Positions 53,386-64,000 of a stretch of DNA of 64,000 bases are shown here, piece by piece. Position numbers and translations under genes: made by a program. The stretch is taken from the NCBI GenBank assembly GCA_964016885.1, contig OZ024741.1:288858001-288922000 (forward strand), in the 5' to 3' direction. Numbering within the stretch: position 1 is the first letter of the stretch; the number at the start of each line of letters is the position of its first letter. The notes below the pieces were generated by a model, which saw only the letters and a list, made by a program, of their open reading frames with translations, was not told the origin of the DNA and searched no databases. The DNA is from Eledone cirrhosa. Taxonomy: Eukaryota.

Positions 53386-54605
53386 GCACCTCTATAATAT
53401 CCAGTGTGTTCTCACTTTTTAAGAGCGCAGGGAGTGATTTAAGGTAGATTTGGCTGCTATCTTTAAAAGTTGCTCCGCTGGATTGTCGTTTGTATATTGA
53501 TGGCTGTAGGGAAAAATGCGGCCCATAATAAACTCTCAAAAGGCTGCAGTTCAGGCAACGAAGGTCATGATAAGATAGATGGCTAATTTAGAAAGAAAAA
53601 TGGGAGGGAAGTATATCAGGAATGTCGGGATTGACCTTTTTAACAGATTGCAATTTCAGATGGACAGAATGCATTGTAGTTTATAGTTCGGTCAGACGGG
53701 GAAGATAAATGCTCAAAACGCTTTTCGGGGTCTCAAAAACTAGCGACAGAAAAGGGAAACGTTAATCATAGCCCGAAGATCTTGTCTGAATACTTACAAC
53801 AAAAAGGTCTCTGCTAAAAGCAGCTGTGTGTTAAGCATTTCACTCAAAATAAAACAGGAAATGTAAACACAGTTGATGGGTCCCATTGTTCTACTGTGTT
53901 GTAAGTAAATCTGGTGATGTATTGTATCATATCCTCGACGCCTCGCAAGCTTTGTGGATAGAGAAAACTGTGGAACAACAGATTTACCATTATGCAATAC
54001 GAGCACTATTTTTGATTGAACTACATATATATAATTCAATCAAAAGCATTCATGCACTCAATATCCATACCTTTTTTTCAGACATAGTGTATACATAACT
54101 AAATGGGCCAAAAATTCGCCTTTGGTTTTAAGGCGGTCTAGTAAGATTCTAGAGCTTCTATTGCGTCTGGAGAGGAAATGGAGATTCTTTTGTTGTTTGT
54201 GTCTGTGGTTATGATTGTTGTAGATGATCCTATTTTTATTGTTGCTTCTATATAGTTTTATATAAACGCTATGATCAAAGTTATTTCAGCCATGACCATC
54301 GTTTCAGAGGTGTATATCAAAACAATAGCTTGTAATTTCGGAAAGGTTTAGCTTCTATTTCTAGCAGGTCGAACGACTACTTAGAGGGCTTCCACGCTTC
54401 TTCAATTTTCTCAGGCATTATCATTGTTGTTGGTTGAGTTCAAATCCTGTCGAGGTTAACAAAATAAAGCACCAGTAATGCACTGTAGTATTGTTGGCTT
54501 CGTGCCAAAAGTAGAGACAAAAGTTGTTGTTGTTGTTGTTGTTAGTGGCCCCGTTACCATAGTTGTTGCTGTGGCGCTGAGTGTTGTTAATGCTACAAAT
54601 GGAGC

Positions 54606-54666
<61 letters not shown>

Positions 54667-54907
54667 AGTGAAATAAGAATATAAATAGAAGAGGAAGAAA
54701 GAAATAGATAAAAATAGTAAAAGTACACAAAAAGAAAATAATGTTGCATGGATTGTCGTAAAGCTTTATAGATTACAAGTCACTCCGCCATTACATGCTA
54801 CTAATGACCTCTGGCGGCAGCTATTGCAATTGAGCTAATTGCAATGGCTGATTTGGTTAGTAAAGCTACTTGCGGTGCTGATATGTGGTGCGACCAGGTT
54901 GATATTG

Positions 54908-55310
54908 ATTTCTAATTTAAGCACAAGGCCTGCAAATTACAGGTTAGGGGAAAGGCGATTATATCGACCTAGTACTTAACTGCAACTTTGTTTTATCGAT
55001 CCCCGAAAGATAACCGAAAGATAAAATGCAAAGTTGACCTCAGAAGGATTTGAACTCAAAATGTAAAGAGCCAAAACAAATACTACAATAGCTTTTTATC
55101 TGGTGCTCAGCTAATTCGGCTAATTTATCACCCTTCTTGTGTTAATATTGGCACAAGGCCAGCAAATTTTGGAGAAACGGCAAAGTGTATTAAGTCAACC
55201 ACAGTACTTCACTAGTACTGTATGTTATCCACACCGGAAGGATAAAAGGCAAAGTTGCCCTCGGTAGGATTTGAACTAAAAAACGTAAAAAGCTGTAACA
55301 AATATTACAA
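54908..55310 (-). mobile_element. Two diverged Nin-type SINEs
   Basis: GCACAAGGCC..GGATTTGAACT units. Confidence 0.7.
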
Positions 55311-55918
55311 TCCACCAACATTGACTTGATTAATATTAAATTCCTATTACCTTGCAAAAATTAAAAAACATAGACATTTTCCTCTTTGTTCCTTATATTC
55401 TTTTTGGCTTTATTTATTAATTTATCTTTTTGGCTTTATTTATTAATTTATCTATTTATTTATATCCTTTTTACTTCCTCACTTTCCTTTTTTTCCTATT
55501 TTCATTCATTTTTTTCTTTCTTCTCGCTAACGTTTCTCGTTTCCTTCCGATCTCCCTCTTTACTTTCTTTTACGCGTTTCTCTATTCATTTCCAGTGGCG
55601 GACAATTGACACAGTCATTAGACCGTTGATTAGAATACTTTTTGGTATTCGTTCCAGCTTTCATTCCTTTGAGTTCAAATACCGTCAAAGTCAACTTTAA
55701 ATTTAGTTCTTTCAAGCACGATAAAAAAGTTATTTGTTCACTACTGGGGTCGATTCTTCCTATTTATCTCTTTCTCACTTCTTCTCTTTAACTAACTCTT
55801 GCCGTCATTGGAAGAAATCGGCTGTGTTCATACATGAAGAGGAGATGGGATCCACAAAGCTTTATATACCCGAGGTACACCGTATTTCACTACGGCGCCT
55901 CTAAGACATACATTTTAA

Positions 55919-56108
55919 GGCGGTGGATTGGCAGTGTCGGTAGAGGGTCTGACGCCATGCTTTGCAGCAAAGAGTTACGGCCCTTTATGGTCTGAGTTCA
56001 AATCCCGCCGAGGTTCACTTTGCCTTTCATCCTTACGGGGTCGATAAAATAAAGTACCAGTAATACACTGGGTAATTGCCGGCCTTGTGCCAAAAGTAGA
56101 AACAATTA
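55919..56108 (+). mobile_element. Full-length Nin-domain SINE
   Basis: As 18016-18235. Confidence 0.88.
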
Positions 56109-56272
56109 TTTCCAGACTCATTCTATGAGCGATAGACACGCAGACGTACACGCACGCACACACACGCGCACGCACACATACACACACACACGCGCGCGTA
56201 CACACACACACACATACACACACACACACACACACGCATACACACACACACACACGCACACGCACACACACG

Positions 56273-56331
<59 letters not shown>

Positions 56332-57190
56332 GCGCGAACACACGCAAACACACTCTTTCTCTTTCTCTCTTTTACAGCCCCTCTTCCAACTCCTATGGAA
56401 CAATATCTTGATTTTCTCCGAAATAGAAAAGATTACAGACATCGTTATCCTCATTATAAGATACAGCATGTTTTAATAGTTTCCAAATAAGTATATCGTT
56501 TCAGATATTGTTATGTCTTAAAGACAAGTTGTTCATCACTAATTTTGTTTCAGAATTTGTAAAAGTATGTTGCTGTTGAATGAATCTTAAATTAAAGGAT
56601 CTTCAGTCAACATATAATCTTAATATAATCATCAGAAACTTTGTACAATAAACTATCCTTTCCAATGACAATTTATGGGTTTAAAATAATTGTACGAACG
56701 GGAAGAATTGGACGTATATGATTATCTAAATTTTTCATTATCAATATTTAGAAACACAATTTAACATTATTCTTATTAAAAATCTAATAACTATGATTTT
56801 TCGGAAAATATTTATATAGAATGAGACTTAAAAAGAATCAATTTTACGGTTTATAGTCTTCTGTATCTGAGAATTATTATCATTAATAATAATTTTTTTC
56901 TTAAACCCTTGGATTTCAATAATTCATTATAATAAGGAAGTGATTTGTTGAGGCAAAATACAGTAAATGAGATCATGGATACCTATATAGTAACATTAAT
57001 AATAGTAGTTGAAGGGTCTGAAGATGTATTTATATAATGTAATTTTCCATTTGGCTTTCTGTATGTAAAGTATTTTTTATTTTCTAAATCCGAGGTGATG
57101 TTTAAAAATAATAATTTTATATAAATTTGTGCCAACTTTAATCTTTAGAAATAATGCTTTTAAAGCTACATGGCCGTTAAGCTTTCATCT

Positions 57191-57325
<135 letters not shown>

Positions 57326-58242
57326 AAACATAAATAACAAAGCAAACGACACGGTACATATTAGTTTAATGCTTGAAACAACAGGAAAAGAGTCTTAACG
57401 TTTCGGACACCAATCCTTCACTAGAAAATAGAATTAGGAATAACAGTTAAAATAGAAAGATAAAGAGTGGAAAGATGAAGGAAAGAGGAAAAATTAAGAA
57501 AAAACAAACGTGCATATTCAGTCAGTCATTTTGGAGATTGAGAAAAGTCAACGAGAAAAAAACAACACAGGAGAAAGTTACAGTACAATGCTGATATATC
57601 TTAGTTTAACGATTGATATAGTAGAAAAAGAGTCTTAATATTTCGGACGTTAGTCCTTCATCCGAATATAGACAGAGAATTATAAGAAGACATAGAAAAT
57701 AGAAGAGAGTAAGAAGAAACGGAAAAATATTTACGGAAGGAAACCACGCACATATATATGTGTATGTGAGTGTGTGTGTGTGTGTGTGTGTATGATATTG
57801 TGTGTGTATATGTGTGCATGCGCGTTTGTGCATTCATGGATAGATAGATAGATACATACATACATACATGCATACATATACATACGTATATACATACGTA
57901 TATACATACGTATATGCATATATACACATAGTTATTGATTTGTTGGCTGTTGGTCACTGTCAATAAGTTTCACACCGCAGTTTTCGTCGACCTAACGTAC
58001 TCCTAGCGTCCTCCCCCCTCTCTCTCTCATCGTCTCACCCTTCCTCCTCATCTCTCCTCCCCTTCACCTTTCATTTCCCCCCTCATCCTTCCTTCTCTCT
58101 ATATCTACTTCGACACGTTTTCGACGTCTGTGTTAGGTAAGCCTGACGAAACTTGATCTTCTCGTATTTTCGTCACGAAATGGTTTTTCTCACTAATAGT
58201 GTTCAACTTAGATCCTTAAAGTTATTTAGTGTTGTGATCGTA

Positions 58243-58347
58243 GTTGTTGTTGTTGTTGTTGTTGTTGCTGTTGCTGTTGTTGTTGTTGTTCTTCTTCTTC
58301 TTCTTCTTCTTCTTCTTCATCTTCTTCTTCTTATTATTATTATTATT

Positions 58348-58424
<77 letters not shown>

Positions 58425-58465
58425 TCTTCTTCTTCTTCTTTTTCTTCTTCTTCTTCTTCTTCTTC

Positions 58466-58529
<64 letters not shown>

Positions 58530-58540
58530 CATTATTATAG
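58243..58540. repeat. Compound trinucleotide microsatellite
   Basis: (GTT)(CTT)(ATT)(CTA)(CTT)(ATT) blocks. Confidence 0.95.
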
Positions 58541-58960
58541 TTGCTGTAGTTGTTCTTGTAGCTGTTGTTGTAGTCGTAGTTATTGTTATTGTTTCTTTTA
58601 TTTTTAATTCTTGTTGTTTTCAGCCTTAACCAATCGACGGCAGGACCAACAGAAAATAAATTGCTCTTTGATAGGCGATAGCTTAGGGAAAACTATAGAA
58701 TTGGCAATTAGACGTGTCACGAAAAGTTACACACCTTCCTTTCCTACACGCATCACTTATACTACTTGCTTTCATTCAGTCATTCCCCCCCCCCTCTCTC
58801 TCTCCCCCTTCTCTCTCTCTAACTATCTCTCTATCTATCTATCTCTCTTGCATTTCTTTCGTTCTCCATTTGTCTTACCTTTTCTAACACTATGCCAGTT
58901 CAAAGTGGTGCTTTTGTATTACAATATATACATTACATACTTATGTATCAATGCACGTAC

Positions 58961-58991
<31 letters not shown>

Positions 58992-59171
58992 TGTATGTAT
59001 GTATGTATGTATGTATGTATGTATGTATGTATGTATATGCGTATGTATGCATGTTTGTTTGTGTCTATGCATGTATGTATTTACGTATATATATATATAT
59101 ATATATATATATACGTGTGTGTGCATGTGTGTATTTACATATAAATATGTACAGAAATACATACATATACA

Positions 59172-59255
<84 letters not shown>

Positions 59256-60139
59256 AGGGGAAGAGAGAGAAGAGAGAAGGGGAAGAAAGTGACTCGTATA
59301 TCGGCAGCTGTTTATTACATATTTATACATAACAAAAAGTTAAAATGAACTAATGGATACAACACAAATACGAACATTTTATAGGCTGACTATGAAGGTT
59401 TGATGCTAAAGCTGTGAAATCTGGCATGCATTAATTTCAACTAGTCTTATTAATAATTGCATTGTTACTTTCCAGGGTCTATGTTTAAAAATAAACCTCA
59501 TTTGGTCATTCCATGATGGGCTCTTGGTCAGCGTATGACCCTTTCAGTTCATGAAGATTTCGGGTGACCCTTGTATACCAACGACGCATGTTTGAATAAA
59601 CATTTTAAGAACTACTGTAGTGAAAATCATACGTAAAATAGTTGAAATTTCCTTCGTGGTTGCAGAAAGAAAGAACAACTTAGCGTTTATTGTTAGCAAC
59701 TCTCAAAGCAAAGGGGAGATGCATTTACAGAGTTTAAAAGACAATCGTTTATAGTTACTTTGCATACTTATGAAAGAAAAGATTGGATATTTGTGTGCAG
59801 CCAAAGGAATAATTTTATATTTAAGCATAGATAAGGGGACAGTAGTTGAAAGAAAAGTTCAGTGTGACACAATGTGTGATAAGTCTCGTCCTTTGAAGTA
59901 TAACTACAATTAATGTTTGCTATCAAAGTAAAGTGGAGCAATATGAAATGAAGTGCCTTGCTCAAGGATACACCGCATCGCCGGGAATTTAAATCAATTT
60001 TACGATAGGGAGCCGATATTCTTAGTCACTAATTCACATGTCTTCACTAGCACCCACGCCACCATATATATATTGGTTAAATAAAACACATCAAGGCACT
60101 TGCTGATCTTCATTGATTAATTTATTAAATACTGGAGAG

Positions 60140-60248
60140 TCTTACACGTGTTTCGATGTGTTACGTTATCGGTCTATGAAATCTGTATTATTACATAATC
60201 CCGTAAGCCAAACTGCTCGACATTAATCTACGAGTCTCTTCAGAGAGA
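60140..60248 (-). ncRNA. Type I hammerhead with long stem II insertion
   Basis: TCT CTGAAGA GA..~70 nt..TC GAAACACGTGTA AGA; palindromic stem III ACACGTGT. Confidence 0.65.
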
Positions 60249-61023
60249 AAGAGGGAATGTAAGGGAAAATTATATTAAAAATACGTAAAAACATGCTTGT
60301 ATAGACGGTCCTACAAACACAGACACATATAACCTTCTATACACGCATCCGAATGGCCATATATACACATTCGTTTACAAATGCACGCACATGTATATAC
60401 ATACGTATTCAGTTGTGCTCGCAACCAGACATCATATATAAAAACACATCAGCATATGTATATTGATTAGTGTAAATCCATAATGGTCATCATAGAATTA
60501 TGAGATGATAGTGGAATGGAGCTGCCAGGGTTCTTGAAATTAGCAAATGACTGGTCTGCATGGATGGATCTTTGGGTATATAAGGAGTGGCTATAATTTA
60601 AAATTTATGCTGAATATAATGATCGTAGAAGTCTGAGCTTGGTAGGTGGATAACTAATTAGTTGGCTCTCAGCCAATCAGTGTTTAGTGTGAATCGTTAA
60701 ATTAGAGAGGAGTTGTGATTTAACTAGAGTAGAAGTTAAAAATAGGAAAAGGTGTATTATGGAGAGGGGGAAATAATCGGTATTAAAATAAGTGGTTTAT
60801 GGGGGCTAGTGGGTAATGGTTTAGAAGTGTAGAAGAAATTGGTGAAAATAAGGGTGTTAAAGAAAAATAAGGCTAGTATTGTTAAAGGGAGACGTATCGT
60901 TTTTGTTTTTCATTTGAAAAGAGGGTTTTTACTTTGAAAAACTATGATGAAATATACTCGGTAAAAACATTATTTTGTTTTGTCTCACTTGTCATCCTTT
61001 ACCCCCCCCCCATATATATATAC

Positions 61024-61071
<48 letters not shown>

Positions 61072-61172
61072 ATGTGGAGAGGGAGAGTGGACAGATAAGG
61101 ATAGATAGAGGAGAAATATAGCAAAACATGGAGAGAGGGAGGACACACACACACACGCATATATATATACAC

Positions 61173-61286
<114 letters not shown>

Positions 61287-61832
61287 GTATGTATGCATGC
61301 ATGTTTGTATATATGTATGCATGCATGCATGCTTGTATGTATGTATGTATGCATGTATGTATGTATGTATGCATGTTTGTATGTATGTATGTATGTATGT
61401 ATGTATGTATGTATGTATGTATTCCGGGAGAGATGACCCCTTAGCCTTTGTCAAGGCAGAATTCTAGGAGAAGGAAAACTCTGATATAACACCTGCAACC
61501 CTGATGGTATCCAATGATGTTGACTTGTTCTTCTTTTTGGTAAATATCATCTTGGTTAAGAGAGTGGGACTGGCTTTGTGCAGTGCCTTTGCTCACTATA
61601 AAAGCTTCACGGCACAGGCATTGCTTTATATCTGGAGATCTCTCTGCACTTGTCGTCACATAGTACAATGGGCCCAGCACTATGTGTCAATAATTGTCAC
61701 AAGTGTAGTGTCTGTACCAGAGTTTTCAAGTCGCTGGCTGGACTAAAAAGTCACACTCGTTCAGCGCATCGGTAGGAGTTCTCCTACATGGATATAAAGT
61801 AGTGGCCGTACTCGAAAACGAGTTGGCAGCCA

Positions 61833-62572
<740 letters not shown>

Positions 62573-62574
<2 letters not shown>

Positions 62575-62745
62575 GTTATTTCCGGTTGAATCGGAGGTAA
62601 CCACAGTAAGTAAGGTACTAAATACATTGCAGAGTATAAATGTTTTAATATAGATAAGATTCTACTGTTTCATTCTTTAGAAATCATCAGGAACCCTGAT
62701 GATTTCTAAAGAATGAAACAGTTCTAGTCCTGTAGAATCTCATCA

Positions 62746-62746
<1 letters not shown>
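62573..62746 (-). mobile_element. Fold-back PLE-like terminus, family 2
   Basis: (TA)n-ACGTTATT..GGTACTAAATAC.. followed by an inverted pair of CTGATGA..GAAACAG cores. Confidence 0.8.
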
Positions 62747-62824
<78 letters not shown>

Positions 62825-63100
62825 AGGGAGAGAGGAGTAGAGTGAAAAACAAGAGAACGTTCGTCATTGGAATTTTTGAGTGATAAATATAGAAGAAACT
62901 ATTCTTGATACTTAAGACAGAATTTTGTCTTGTTCTGGGGGGTAAACAAATAACATACACATAAACACACAAACATAAACACACACACATACGCAAAGAT
63001 ACACACACATACTCACACATACACTTACACAAACACACACACACAAACACACTTACTAGATATTCCATATTTTATAACCAAATTCAATATCATATTCTTT

Positions 63101-63137
<37 letters not shown>

Positions 63138-63139
<2 letters not shown>

Positions 63140-63313
63140 GTTATTCCGGGTTGAATCGGAGGTAACCACAGTAAGTAAGGTACTCAATACATAGCAGAGT
63201 ATAACAGTTTTAATATAGATGAGATTCTACAGGACTAGAACTGTTTCATTCCTGATGATTTCTAACGAATGAAACAGTTCTAGTCCTGTAGAATCTCATC
63301 TATATTAAAACTG

Positions 63314-63316
<3 letters not shown>
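63138..63316 (-). mobile_element. Fold-back PLE-like terminus, family 2, with intact hammerhead on plus 63248-63294
   Basis: ATTC CTGATGA tTTC-taac-GAAt GAAA CAG-ttctagtc-CTG TA GAAT inside a ~115 bp palindrome. Confidence 0.8.

Positions 63317-64000
<684 letters not shown>

Overview
This is repeat-saturated eukaryotic DNA, most likely from an octopod cephalopod (inferred from Nin-domain tRNA-SINEs and extreme (TA)n/(CA)n content). No host gene is confidently identifiable. There are three main components. (1) Seven same-strand L1/Tx1-clade non-LTR retrotransposon copies (ORF1 CCHC knuckle; ORF2 APE-RT-zinc finger) lie head-to-tail in (ATCT)n microsatellites. (2) Many Penelope-like element (PLE) derivatives are inserted in (TA)n: GIY-YIG fragments, minimal hammerhead ribozymes (HHR), fold-back termini and 530-600 nt terminally redundant units. 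(3) The remainder is SINEs, a mariner relic, a 5'-inverted RTE end and MITE-like hairpins. The strongest candidate for novelty is a hammerhead motif found in three divergent (TA)n-inserted elements (6579-6682 minus, 62013-62119 minus, 25844-25950 plus). These carry all the hammerhead core blocks, with covarying helices, in an order that is not a circular permutation of types I/II/III. This implies a pseudoknotted or inter-copy (split/dimeric) hammerhead. All pairings were read by eye and no activity is shown.
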